Assembly (NCBI GenBank): GCA_965219445.1
Contig: CBDCNQ010000003.1
Location: 256,001-320,000 of the forward strand
DNA: 64,000 bases
Direction: 5' to 3'
DNA from: Longimicrobiales bacterium
Lineage (GTDB): Bacteria; Gemmatimonadota; Gemmatimonadetes; Longimicrobiales; Gaopeijiaceae
The notes under the pieces are model-generated. The model was not told the DNA's origin. It was given only the letters and a program-made list of their open reading frames with translations, and did no database searches. A program made the position numbers and the translations under genes. This document shows, piece after piece, positions 1 through 9,377 of this stretch (the first letter of the stretch is position 1; every line of letters begins with the position of its first letter).

Positions 1-146
1 TCCCCGGCATCCGCCGAGAAACATCGGAAGGGTTGCGACGGAAAACGCCCCGGTCAAGGGCCCGTCACCATGGAATCCATCCATACTCCACCGCGTCATC
101 GGAAATCACAGGGAACAAAGCGGTTGTGAAGACTCTCACTATTGTC

Positions 147-166
147 TTGACAGTTATTCCTGTCAA
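147..166. promoter_or_regulatory. Palindromic operator overlapping a -35 box upstream of the ArsR-like gene
   Basis: TTGACAG-N6-CTGTCAA perfect 7-bp inverted repeat containing TTGACA, 42 bp before the TTG start at 209; likely autoregulatory site. Confidence 0.6.
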
Positions 167-208
167 TTATGTTGGTGCAATCGTTCGCTTCGAAAATCGG
201 GAGGCACA

Positions 209-820
209 TTGACCACAGCCGTACATGTCATCGATAAGGGCGGAGCGGCGACGGCCGCTCTCCATCCCCTTCGGCTCGAGATACTCAGCGAGCTCGCTGA
301 GCCTGAGTCGGCGGCCGGTCTCGCGCGGCGGATCGGGATGCCTCGGCAGCGAGTCAACTACCATATCCGCCAGCTTGAGGTTCAAGGGCTCGTCAAGCCT
401 GTTGGAGAACGAAGGGTGAGAAACTGCATGGAACGACTCGTCCAGGCGGTGGGTCGTTTCTACGTAATCAGCCCCGCGGCACTCGGCGAGCTCGCGGCAG
501 ACCCGGAGCAAATCGAAGACAAGGGCTCTGCCGGCTACCTGATGGCTGTCGCCTCGCAGATGATTCAGGACATCGCCGGCCTTCGGGACGGATCCGACCA
601 TCCGGACGAGAACGCCCCGACACTGACACTTCAGGCCGATCTACACTTCAAGTCTCAGAAAGCCCAGAACGCATTCACCGCAGAGCTAACCGAAGAGATG
701 GCACGGCTGGTGGCGAAATATCAGGTCACGAGGCAATCCAAAGGGCCGCTACTCCGGCTCCTGGCCAGTACCTATCCCGTTCGGATGAATGAGCGTACTC
801 CGGTCAAAAGAGGGCAGTGA
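209..820 (+). CDS. ArsR-like winged-helix transcriptional regulator
   Basis: ALHPLRLEILSELAEPESAAGLARRIGMPRQRVNYHIRQLE HTH; GGAGG RBS before TTG. Confidence 0.8.
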   Translation: MTTAVHVIDKGGAATAALHPLRLEILSELAEPESAAGLARRIGMPRQRVNYHIRQLEVQGLVKPVGERRVRNCMERLVQAVGRFYVISPAALGELAADPEQIEDKGSAGYLMAVASQMIQDIAGLRDGSDHPDENAPTLTLQADLHFKSQKAQNAFTAELTEEMARLVAKYQVTRQSKGPLLRLLASTYPVRMNERTPVKRGQ

Positions 821-830
821 CCGTCCCTCC

Positions 831-1286
831 TCACGGCCGCCGCTTCCGAATCGCATGGATCATTTGATCCAGAGCTTGAAGGAACTGTGACCGGTCCCGC
901 TTCTCGAAGGGCGCTGGTCCTCCAGCCACCTCCCCCATTTCGCGGAGTTGCGACATCAATTCTCGCGTGGCGAGCGCATTACCGATCGAATCCTCGGTAA
1001 AGGGACACCCTCTAGGTCCGAGGACGCCTGCGCCCTTCTCCAGGCACAGGGCCGCCAATGGAATATCGGCCGAGACCACGATGTCGTCCGCGGTGATGTG
1101 TTCTACGATCCATGCGTCAGCGGCGTCGAGCTCGGCGCCGACGACGACAAGCTCGAGCCACTCCTCGTCCGGAGTTCGCAGCCACTTGTTCGACACCAAC
1201 AAGACCCTGAGCCCATAACGCCGGGCAACGCGATAGACCTCTTCCTTGACCGGGCAGGCGTCCGCATCGACAAAGATGTCCGTCAT
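831..1286 (-). CDS. YaiI/YqxD (UPF0178) family protein
   Basis: IFVDADACPVK, DAAD, DIPLA, GGPAPF motifs; start overlaps the mmuM stop. Confidence 0.9.
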   Translation of the reverse strand: MTDIFVDADACPVKEEVYRVARRYGLRVLLVSNKWLRTPDEEWLELVVVGAELDAADAWIVEHITADDIVVSADIPLAALCLEKGAGVLGPRGCPFTEDSIGNALATRELMSQLREMGEVAGGPAPFEKRDRSQFLQALDQMIHAIRKRRP

Positions 1287-2281
1287 GGCGGGTCGGAGCG
1301 GAGGAGGCGGTCCCGCATCCCACGGATGTCCTCCGGGCCGACACGGCAGCAGCCGCCAATGACCGAGGCTCCCAGATCGAGCCAGTCCGCCACCAATGCC
1401 GGCCAGTCGTGCCGAGGGGCATCGCCCGCCCACGTTTTGTGCTTCGTGTCGTATCGACCCCCCGCGTTGGGATAGACGATGATCGGCTTCTCGGTCGCGC
1501 CTCGGACCACTGTAATCAACTCCGAGATATGCTCGGGCCGTGTGCAGTTGACTCCAACCGCAGCGACTCGGGGCACGGAATCGCAGATCCTTGCCGCCAC
1601 CTCAAGGGGGCTACCGTCGCTCAGGTGCACTCCGTCACGGCAGATGAAGCTCATCCAAGCCCATCGATCGGAGGTTCGCCGCAACAGTTCAAGGAGCAAC
1701 TCCGCTTCTCGCAGCGATGGAATGGTCTCACAGCCCAGGAGATCGGCCGCGCTCTCCGACAGGATCTGCCAACGCCCTTCGTGGAATTCCAAGAGCTCAT
1801 CGTCGGCCAGACCGTACTCACCCGTGTACTCCGACCCATCGGCCCGAAATGCGCCGTACGGTCCCACGCTCGCAGCTACCAACGGACGTAGCCGCTGGTC
1901 ACGATTTTCAGCATCGCTCCAAAACACGTCGCGCGCTTCTACAGCAAGGCTGACGGCTCCGCTCAGAACCTTCGCTGCACCGTCGTGGGTCAGCCCTCGA
2001 GCCACCAATCCGGGGATGGACGCCTGGTAGGTGTTAGAGGTGATGCAATCGGCTCCCGCCTGAAGAAAGTCGGTGTGCACGCGGCGAACGGCGTCGGGGT
2101 CCTCGAGAAGAACCTTGGCCGACCACAGGTCGTCAGCAAGGTCGTACCCAGACGCCTCCAAGCACGTGGCAAGCCCCCCATCGAGGACCGTCGCCCCTTG
2201 TTCATCGCGGAACGCTTCGAAAGGACCTCTCGCAAGCGGAATCGCACATCCGTCCATGCCCATGCATGCTTCAGGTTTCAA
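1283..2281 (-). CDS. mmuM: Homocysteine S-methyltransferase (true start may be slightly downstream)
   Basis: LDGGLAT, ASVGPYGA..DGSEY, ETIP, GVNC, YPN, IGGCC zinc motif. Confidence 0.9.
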   Translation of the reverse strand: MKPEACMGMDGCAIPLARGPFEAFRDEQGATVLDGGLATCLEASGYDLADDLWSAKVLLEDPDAVRRVHTDFLQAGADCITSNTYQASIPGLVARGLTHDGAAKVLSGAVSLAVEARDVFWSDAENRDQRLRPLVAASVGPYGAFRADGSEYTGEYGLADDELLEFHEGRWQILSESAADLLGCETIPSLREAELLLELLRRTSDRWAWMSFICRDGVHLSDGSPLEVAARICDSVPRVAAVGVNCTRPEHISELITVVRGATEKPIIVYPNAGGRYDTKHKTWAGDAPRHDWPALVADWLDLGASVIGGCCRVGPEDIRGMRDRLLRSDPP

Positions 2282-2315
2282 AGAGAAAGGGCCGCCCCCG
2301 TGACAGGGGCGGCCC
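2281..2315 (-). terminator. Rho-independent terminator of cspA
   Basis: Minus strand GGGCCGCCCC-loop-GGGGCGGCCC followed by TTTCTCTT. Confidence 0.75.
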
Positions 2316-2345
2316 AGCTTTCAGTGACGGCTCTCCGGCCGGGAG

Positions 2346-2555
2346 CTACGAAAGCTTCACGACGTTCTCAGCTGCGGGACCCTTGGCACCCTCCACCACG
2401 TCGAACTCAACGCTCTCCCCCTCGGCGAGGGACTTGAAGCCCTCGGCCTGGATCGCGCTATGGTGGACGAACAAATCCTTGGTCCCGTCTTCAGGGGTGA
2501 TGAATCCAAAGCCCTTCTGATCGTTGAACCACTTCACGGTTCCTTTGCTACGCAT
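2346..2555 (-). CDS. cspA: Cold-shock protein
   Basis: GTVKWFN.KGFGFI (RNP1), LFVHHSAI (RNP2), KGPAAENV. Confidence 0.95.
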   Translation of the reverse strand: MRSKGTVKWFNDQKGFGFITPEDGTKDLFVHHSAIQAEGFKSLAEGESVEFDVVEGAKGPAAENVVKLS

Positions 2556-2836
2556 CTTCTACTCCATCGTTTTGTCGTGGTCGGAACTACGGACGATCCG
2601 TAGGTCGCGACCTCCTGGCACTCGCGGCCGAAAGTCATGCTGGGATCGTGGTTCTCACCACGAAAGAAGCGGGCAGTCGCGATTATTCTGAGAATAGGCG
2701 GTAAAGATTGTCCAAGCCAACTCCCCCGTCAAGTTTTCCGGCAAGGCGCAAGGCTGCCGGCAAAGCGGTATCTTGACACGGTCACGCGCCCGGCTAAGTA
2801 TCGCCGCATGCGCCGTACATTCCGGAAAAGGTGGCG

Positions 2837-3706
2837 ATGACCAAGGTCGCCATACAGGGCGAAGCCGGGGCGTTCAGCCACGAAGCGGCTCACAAGTTGC
2901 TGGGGCCCGACATCGAGCTGGTACCCTGCAGGACGTTCTCCGAGGCCTTCCACACAGTCTTGAGCGGTGATGCGGACCGAGCCGTCATGCCGGTTGAAAA
3001 CGCCCTGGCGGGACCGGTTGTGGAGAGCCTCGACCTTTTGTGGTCATCCGGTTTGACGGTTCGGGGAGAGACGCGTGTTCGCATCCGACTCTGCCTTTCC
3101 GTCCCACCCGCTATGGTGCTGGAGGACGTTCGGTCCGTCGCGTCCCACCCCGTCGCCCTGAAACAGTGCCGCAACTTGTTCGAGAAGAACCCGCAGATGG
3201 AACCCGTCGTGGTCTACGATACGGCTGGAAGCGTGAGGGACATGATGGAGGGCTCCGTCGAATACGATGCGGCGATCAGCTCGCGGCTCGCCACCGAGCT
3301 TTATGGGGCGCACTTGCTCCGGGCCGACGTCGAGGACGACCACCGTAACTACACGCGCTTTTTCGAACTGGCGGCCCGGGGTACGCTTCCCGAGTCCAGC
3401 GGGGTATGCGGCGCCGTGGCCGTGGGCATCCCCAATGAGCCCGGGGCACTGTACAACCTCCTCGGTGTCTTCAATCAGTACGGTGTAGACATGAGCCAAA
3501 TCGTTGCTCGTCCCATCCGTGGGGAACCGTGGAAGTATCGGTTTTACATGGAGATCGTGGCCCCCGCAGCGGAGACTCTACAAGAATGTCTCAAGGCGCT
3601 CGACGAAGCCTCCGACGAGATGCGCTTATTCGGGACCTACGCACCATACGAAGGCCCTGAAATGGACGAGGGACCGGACGTCAATTTGGAGGACGTGGGC
3701 AGCTAG
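2837..3706 (+). CDS. pheA: Prephenate dehydratase with ACT domain
   Basis: VAIQGEAGAFSH, PVEN, SHPVALKQC, NYTRF, NEPGAL ACT domain. Confidence 0.85.
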   Translation: MTKVAIQGEAGAFSHEAAHKLLGPDIELVPCRTFSEAFHTVLSGDADRAVMPVENALAGPVVESLDLLWSSGLTVRGETRVRIRLCLSVPPAMVLEDVRSVASHPVALKQCRNLFEKNPQMEPVVVYDTAGSVRDMMEGSVEYDAAISSRLATELYGAHLLRADVEDDHRNYTRFFELAARGTLPESSGVCGAVAVGIPNEPGALYNLLGVFNQYGVDMSQIVARPIRGEPWKYRFYMEIVAPAAETLQECLKALDEASDEMRLFGTYAPYEGPEMDEGPDVNLEDVGS

Positions 3707-3845
3707 TGTCACTGTCGGGGAGGCACTCCGATCGCGACACCTGATGCTTACGGCCTGCCGGGGCCTTACCTTGGAACGCCGACGCGGCCGAACGAGTTTA
3801 AACGGGCATCGATTCCCACTGACGCTGGAATTGGAGAGATTCACC

Positions 3846-4386
3846 ATGCGACGAGTCTTGTTGATTCCCACTATAGTCACATTAGCCTCGGCAATGAGCG
3901 TCGCCTCAGGATCCTCGCAGAGCACGGCGCCGCAGGCCAGCCAGCACGGGATGGTGGCGCAGACGGTCAACCGGACGGTGATCACCCTGGAGTACGATCG
4001 TCCCGTGGCCCGGGGGCGTGAGCTCTTCGGGGCTCTGGTCGAGTGGGACGCGATCTGGACGCCAGGAGCGAACCGAGCGACCTGGATCGACTTTTCCGAG
4101 CCCGTTACGCTCGAGGATCGCGCTCTCGACGCCGGCCGATACGCGATCTGGATGGTGCCGAAGGAGAACCAGCCCCGCGGAGATTGTTGTCGTCCGTGAT
4201 TGGGACACGGATCACGGCATGTTCCCCTTCGGGGAAGAGGTCTTCCGGACGATGGTCAGGCCCGAGACCGGATCCCACATGGAGGTCCTGGCCTACTACT
4301 TTCCTGTGGTCGGGCCCTACCGCGCGACGCTCCGCTTCCATTGGGGCTCTACGGTCATCCCACTCAGGATCGAGGTCGGACGGTAG
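3846..4386 (+). pseudogene. DUF2911-family exported protein split by a +1 frameshift at the C4 run 4173-4176
   Basis: Signal peptide plus YDRPVARGRELFG..WTPGANRAT..AGRYAIW in one frame; the C-terminal half (EIVVVRDW..LRFHWGST) continues in the next frame. Confidence 0.7.
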
Positions 4387-4509
4387 ATCGGGGCTGTCAG
4401 CCCGTCCGGAAGTGGGATCAAGGATACTCACGAGGTACCGGGCATCACGCAAAATGCTTGTCCTTCGTCCACAATCGCCGTAACATAAGCACCTGATCCT
4501 CAGCAGGGA

Positions 4510-5238
4510 GTGGTGCCCATGTCCGAGAGGAAAACCGTCGCCGTCGGTCTCGCGGGACCAAACGTGGACTCTTCCCCCCCCCAACCCGCGGGGTCACAGG
4601 ACCCGACGTGCGGTCACTATTTCGGTGGCACGCCGTTCGGGTGGCAGGAGGGCCGGGGTAGTTGGTCCCGGAGGAACTTCATCAAGGGAATCATCGCCTC
4701 GGGGGTGGCAGTATCTGGGGTGCCATATCTGGCCTCCGCTGCTTCCAGGCCGGCCATTCAGGCGGGTGCGGTAGAGCGCTTGATCTCGTTGAACGTCAAC
4801 GGGCAGACCCGCCGCGTCGACGTGCTCCCCAATGAGACGCTCGCGATGACCCTACGCTACAAGCTGGGGCTAACGGGTACCAAGCTCGGCTGCGACCGCG
4901 CAGAGTGCGGGGCGTGCACGGTGTTGATCGACGACGTGACGCACTACTCGTGCTCCACGCTGACGCAGCGCGTTCGCGGGAAGGAGATCACGACGGTCGA
5001 GGGGTTGGAGAGTCCGACTGGAGAGCTACACCCGGTCCAACAGGCATTCATGGACGAGTTGGGTCCGCAGTGCGGCTTTTGCACGCCGGGCCAGGTGATG
5101 GCCGCCGTAGGTCTCCTGACGGCGAACCCGAACCCGACTCGGGCCGAAGCGCGTCAGGCGATGTCAGGTAATCTGTGCCGATGCGGATCCTACGACCATT
5201 ATCTGAACGGAATCATGCGTGCAGCGGGGGAGGTGTGA
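4510..5238 (+). CDS. Xanthine dehydrogenase family 2Fe-2S subunit with Tat signal (PaoA/YagT-like)
   Basis: SRRNFIK twin-arginine motif; GTKLGCDRAECGAC, QCGFCTPG, NLCRC. Confidence 0.9.
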   Translation: MVPMSERKTVAVGLAGPNVDSSPPQPAGSQDPTCGHYFGGTPFGWQEGRGSWSRRNFIKGIIASGVAVSGVPYLASAASRPAIQAGAVERLISLNVNGQTRRVDVLPNETLAMTLRYKLGLTGTKLGCDRAECGACTVLIDDVTHYSCSTLTQRVRGKEITTVEGLESPTGELHPVQQAFMDELGPQCGFCTPGQVMAAVGLLTANPNPTRAEARQAMSGNLCRCGSYDHYLNGIMRAAGEV

Positions 5239-5239
5239 C

Positions 5240-7666
5240 ATGGCACATCTGATTGGCCAAGACCATACGCCACCGGATGTTCGTGCCAAGGTGACGGGTC
5301 GAGCAAAGTACGCCGAGGATATTCGCGCGGACGGCATGTTGTTCTGCCGGCTGCTGACCAGCCCCATGCCGCATGCGCGCGTCTTGAACATCGACGCGTC
5401 CGAGGCGCTCGCGATGGAGGGCGTCGTTGCGATTCTAACTGCCGACGAGCTGCCCGACGTGGACGCGCCCGGCAATACGATCCTCACGAACGAGCCACTC
5501 TACGTGGGCGCGCCGATCCTCGCGGTGGCGGCAGTCGATGAGACCACCGCGCAGAACGCCATCGCCGCCATCAATCTGGATCTGGAGCCGCTTCCGTTCT
5601 GCGTGGATCCGCTCGAGAGCCTGCGTCCCGGTGGACCGAACGCCAGGGCTACGGGAAACGTGCCGAGCCGGCGCGTGACCGCAGTGGAGCTCGACGCGAG
5701 CGACGGCGTAGCGGAGGTCAAGTGGACGGCGGAGGACTTCGCGGCCGCCGGGGAGGGCCAGATGCCCACGGGCATGGCCACAACGGACTGGTCGTACGGC
5801 GACGTCGAAGCAGGCTTCGCAAACGCAGCGCTCGTGCTCGACGAATCCTTCGTGACCGCCGGCCACCCGCACCACTCCATGGAGCCCCGCACTGCCATGG
5901 CGTACTGGCAGAACGGGACGTGCTACGTATACGGCTCGAGCCAGAGCCAGGCCTACGTGGTGCCAGGGCTGGCGGCACTCCTCCAGATCGAGCCAGAGGA
6001 CCTCGTCTATGTCGCGGAGTTCTGTGGTGGTGGGTTCGGGTCGAAGGGGAGCGCCTACCCCGTGATGGCGATTCCAGCTTATATGGCAAGGAAGACCGGC
6101 CGGCCCGTGCTGATGCGCATCAGCCGGGCGGAGGAGAACTTCATCGGTGTATGCCGACCCGGGTTCCAGGGCCGGATCAAGATCGGGTTCCAGTCGGACG
6201 GACGCATCACGGCGGTCGATCTGTACATCGTCCAGAACAACGGACCCAACTCCGGTGGGGGTGACTATAATTCCGCCGGAAGTGCGATGTCACTCGTCTA
6301 CACGCCGCCCGCCATGCGCTTCCGAGGGATTCCGATCCTGACCAACACACCGCCCACGGGTGCCCAAAGGGGGCCGGGGCAGAACCAGCTCGCCACGGCC
6401 GTCGAGCCGATTCTAGACAAGGCTGCCCGACAGTTGGGCCTGGACCTCGTCGCCATTCGGCGGATCAACGCACCCGACAATAGTGCCGGGTACGGTGAAA
6501 GTCAGGGTCCTGTAACTAGCGCTTATCAACGTGAAGCGCTCGACATGGGCGCGGAGCAGTTCGGCTGGGAAGCCAGGCGCGTACGCAGTGGGCAGCGTAG
6601 GGGCTCAAAGGTCACCGGTGTTGGTGTCGGCCAGGCGTTCCACGGGGCCGGAAACAACGGATTCGACGGACTCTTACGCATTGCACCCGACGGAAAGCTG
6701 TACGTCCACACCGGCGTGGGGAATCTGGGTACATATTCGTATGCCAGCACGTCCCTGGTCGCGGCGGAGGTGCTCGATTACGAGTGGGAGAACGTCGAGA
6801 TCGTCCGCGGCGACTCCAGCCGCAATCTTCCCTGGACTCTGGGTCAGTTCGGGAGCAACACGTCCTTCACGGAGTCCCGCGCCAATTACGCCTCGGGCAT
6901 GGACGCCGTCCAGAAGCTCAAGGAGATCGCGGCGCGGGACCTTGGAGGCTCGCCCGGAGACTACGATATCGGTAGCGAAACAGTCTTCTCGCGGGCAAAT
7001 CCCTCTCGACGTCTTACCTACGCAGCCGCGGCCCAGAGGGCTATCGAACTCGGCGGACGCTTCAGCGGCGAGGAGGTGCCCGACGACATCAACGAGATGA
7101 CGGCGCGTGCGGTGGAGGGTCTCGCGGGTATGGGCTTGATCGGGGTGGCGCGGGATAATATGCCGAAAAACGGCACCGTTCCCGCCTTGGCAACCGGGTT
7201 CATCGAGATTGAGTTGGACGTTGAGACCGGCCAGTTCGAGATCATCGACTACCTGGGCGTCGCGGACTGCGGAAAGGTGCTCCATCCGCTAGGGCTGTCG
7301 GGGCAAATCAAGGGCGGCGCCGTGATGGGTTTCGGTATGGCATCCCTCGAGCGCCATATCTACGACACACACTACGGTCTGCCGGGGGCCGTCGGATTTC
7401 ACCAGGCCAAGCCCCCGACGTATCTGGACGTTCCTGCCGAGATGTCGTGGAGCGCCGTGGACATAGCCGACCCCCAGAACCCGGTGGGTGCGAAGGGAAT
7501 CGGTGAGCCAACCATGGGATGCGCCGCGGCCGCACTGTTGTGTGCGATCTCCGACGCTCTGGGAGGACACTACTTCAATCGATCGCCAATCGTGCCTGAC
7601 ATGATCGTAAATGCCGCTTCGGGGCGGCCCCAATCCCACAGTGCGCTAGCGGTTCACACGCCATGA
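5240..7666 (+). CDS. Xanthine dehydrogenase family molybdopterin-binding subunit
   Basis: KVTGRAKY, MEPR, GGGFGSK, RGPG, GAKGIGEP catalytic Glu motif. Confidence 0.9.
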   Translation: MAHLIGQDHTPPDVRAKVTGRAKYAEDIRADGMLFCRLLTSPMPHARVLNIDASEALAMEGVVAILTADELPDVDAPGNTILTNEPLYVGAPILAVAAVDETTAQNAIAAINLDLEPLPFCVDPLESLRPGGPNARATGNVPSRRVTAVELDASDGVAEVKWTAEDFAAAGEGQMPTGMATTDWSYGDVEAGFANAALVLDESFVTAGHPHHSMEPRTAMAYWQNGTCYVYGSSQSQAYVVPGLAALLQIEPEDLVYVAEFCGGGFGSKGSAYPVMAIPAYMARKTGRPVLMRISRAEENFIGVCRPGFQGRIKIGFQSDGRITAVDLYIVQNNGPNSGGGDYNSAGSAMSLVYTPPAMRFRGIPILTNTPPTGAQRGPGQNQLATAVEPILDKAARQLGLDLVAIRRINAPDNSAGYGESQGPVTSAYQREALDMGAEQFGWEARRVRSGQRRGSKVTGVGVGQAFHGAGNNGFDGLLRIAPDGKLYVHTGVGNLGTYSYASTSLVAAEVLDYEWENVEIVRGDSSRNLPWTLGQFGSNTSFTESRANYASGMDAVQKLKEIAARDLGGSPGDYDIGSETVFSRANPSRRLTYAAAAQRAIELGGRFSGEEVPDDINEMTARAVEGLAGMGLIGVARDNMPKNGTVPALATGFIEIELDVETGQFEIIDYLGVADCGKVLHPLGLSGQIKGGAVMGFGMASLERHIYDTHYGLPGAVGFHQAKPPTYLDVPAEMSWSAVDIADPQNPVGAKGIGEPTMGCAAAALLCAISDALGGHYFNRSPIVPDMIVNAASGRPQSHSALAVHTP

Positions 7667-7727
7667 GTAACAGACCCATGAGTGAGAGCCCACTGACAGG
7701 CACCCGCATGTTGAAGGAGATCCGCGC

Positions 7728-8717
7728 ATGCTGAACGACATGATGCCGCACTTCGAGCTGTTCCAACCCGTCGATGTAGACAATGCATTCGAACTCCTGG
7801 ATCGGTTCGGGGAGGATTGCTGGACCATTGCCGGAGGACACGACAGTCTGGGCTGGTTCAAGGATCGGGGGAAACAGCCTTCGGCCGTAATCGACCTCGC
7901 GGGGATCGCCGAGCTTCATGGCATCCGAGAGTCGGCTGGGGGCCTCGAGCTGGGGGCAATGACTACCCTCACCGAAGTCGAGCGCCACCCTGTCATCCAA
8001 GAGAGATTCGGTTTGCTCGCGGAGGCGGCCCGCATGGTTGCGAGCCCCCAGATCCGTAACTCGGGCACCTTGGGTGGCAACGTCGTACAGGACACACGAT
8101 GCTGGTACTACCGCTTCGGGCTCGCATGCTATCGAGCCGGCGGTAACACGTGCTACGCCAGCGCGCCGGAGGCCATGAATCGGGAGCACGCCATCTTCGG
8201 AGCCAACCGGTGCGTGGCCGTTACTCCGTCCGATCCCGCACCCGCCTTGGTGGCGCTCGAAGCGGAGATGGTGATTCGCAACTCCCGCGGTGAGCGGGTG
8301 GTGTCTGCGGAGGACTTCTTCATGACACCCGCCGTCGACATCCAACGCATGACGGTCCTCGAGCCCGAGGATCTGCTGACGACCATCCGCATTCCCAACA
8401 CCTGGGCTGGAGCCAACTTCTACTTCGAGAAGGTGGCGGACCGGGGTGCCTGGGACTTCCCGCTCGTGAACGTAGCCGCTGCGCTCCGGCTCGAGGGAGG
8501 CCGAATCGCCGACGCCCGCATCGTCGTGGGTGCCGTCGAGTGCATCCCTCGGCGCCTTACGGACGTCGAGGACCTCGTGAGGGGCCGTGTCAAGAACGAA
8601 GAGACCGCCGTCCTGGCGGGTGCGCTCGCGGTAGAGGGTGCGGAGCCCTTGCGGTACAATCACTTCAAGGTGCCGCTCATGGAGAACCTCGTGAAGAGGG
8701 CCGTGCGCGACGCCTGA
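7728..8717 (+). CDS. Xanthine dehydrogenase family FAD subunit (PaoB/YagS-like, Cys cluster)
   Basis: AGGHD, VASPQIRNSGTLGGN, RCWYYR..CYRAGGNTC..C, PSD. Confidence 0.9.
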   Translation: MLNDMMPHFELFQPVDVDNAFELLDRFGEDCWTIAGGHDSLGWFKDRGKQPSAVIDLAGIAELHGIRESAGGLELGAMTTLTEVERHPVIQERFGLLAEAARMVASPQIRNSGTLGGNVVQDTRCWYYRFGLACYRAGGNTCYASAPEAMNREHAIFGANRCVAVTPSDPAPALVALEAEMVIRNSRGERVVSAEDFFMTPAVDIQRMTVLEPEDLLTTIRIPNTWAGANFYFEKVADRGAWDFPLVNVAAALRLEGGRIADARIVVGAVECIPRRLTDVEDLVRGRVKNEETAVLAGALAVEGAEPLRYNHFKVPLMENLVKRAVRDA

Positions 8718-8733
8718 GGCGCCCCTGGATACT

Positions 8734-8780
8734 GCTGGAGGCCCCGGCGTAGCTACGGCTAGCTCGCCGGGGGCTCCAGC
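8734..8780. terminator. Long GC-rich hairpin between convergent genes
   Basis: GCTGGAG.CCCCGGCG.AGCTA / TAGCT-CGCCGGGGG-CTCCAGC inverted repeat. Confidence 0.6.
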
Positions 8781-8805
8781 TAGCTAGGCTGGGAAACCCA
8801 GCTAA

Positions 8806-9174
8806 CTAGGCCGAGGACTCCAGCCAGGTCGTCTCCTCCCCCGTGTTGATCGCGAGGTGTTCGCCCACCGTACCGGGGGCCGCCCCGTGCCAGTGCTCCT
8901 CGTCGGGACCGATCACGACCATGTCCCCCGTGTGCAGCGGGAGTTCTGTCCCCATGCGGTCCACCACGACGCAAGTACCGCTCAGCCCGTAGAGCACCTG
9001 GACGTCGTCGTGCTTGTGCCAGTTGGTCCGGGCACCCTCGCCAAAGGTGACGCGGTAGACCCGTATGGGCAGCCCGTCCGTAGGGCCCAGTAGAGGCTGC
9101 ATCAGGGCGGGGAGAACAAAATTCTTTTCGTCGGCTGCATCGTGCGGCCGATTTGCGTGGTCGATGGCTCTCAT
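8806..9174 (-). CDS. Cupin domain protein
   Basis: VTFGEGARTNWHKH..Q.L, GD.V.I...EEHWHGA. Confidence 0.85.
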   Translation of the reverse strand: MRAIDHANRPHDAADEKNFVLPALMQPLLGPTDGLPIRVYRVTFGEGARTNWHKHDDVQVLYGLSGTCVVVDRMGTELPLHTGDMVVIGPDEEHWHGAAPGTVGEHLAINTGEETTWLESSA

Positions 9175-9305
9175 GTTCGGTCACCTCCCTTCCTATGTCT
9201 GTAAAGCTCTTCTACGTTATAATGCCCCCCGAGGCGCCCCTGACCAGCGGTCAACACAGCCCAGGGACGGAGCTGGTCAGCGCTATCAGAGACATTTTCT
9301 AGCCA

Positions 9306-9377
9306 ATGGAATTCGCCAGTCTCGTAGAGAAAGCCACCAAAATGGAATTCGCCAATCTCGCAGAAAAAGCCATCAAA
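9306..9377 (+). repeat. 36-bp tandem duplication of the bioB N-terminus
   Basis: ATGGAATTCGCCAGTCTCGTAGAGAAAGCCACCAAA / ATGGAATTCGCCAATCTCGCAGAAAAAGCCATCAAA. Confidence 0.9.

Noticed and set aside
9200..9225. BirA operator upstream of bioB
   Set aside because: Only a partial TGTAAA half-site, without the expected palindromic partner and spacing.
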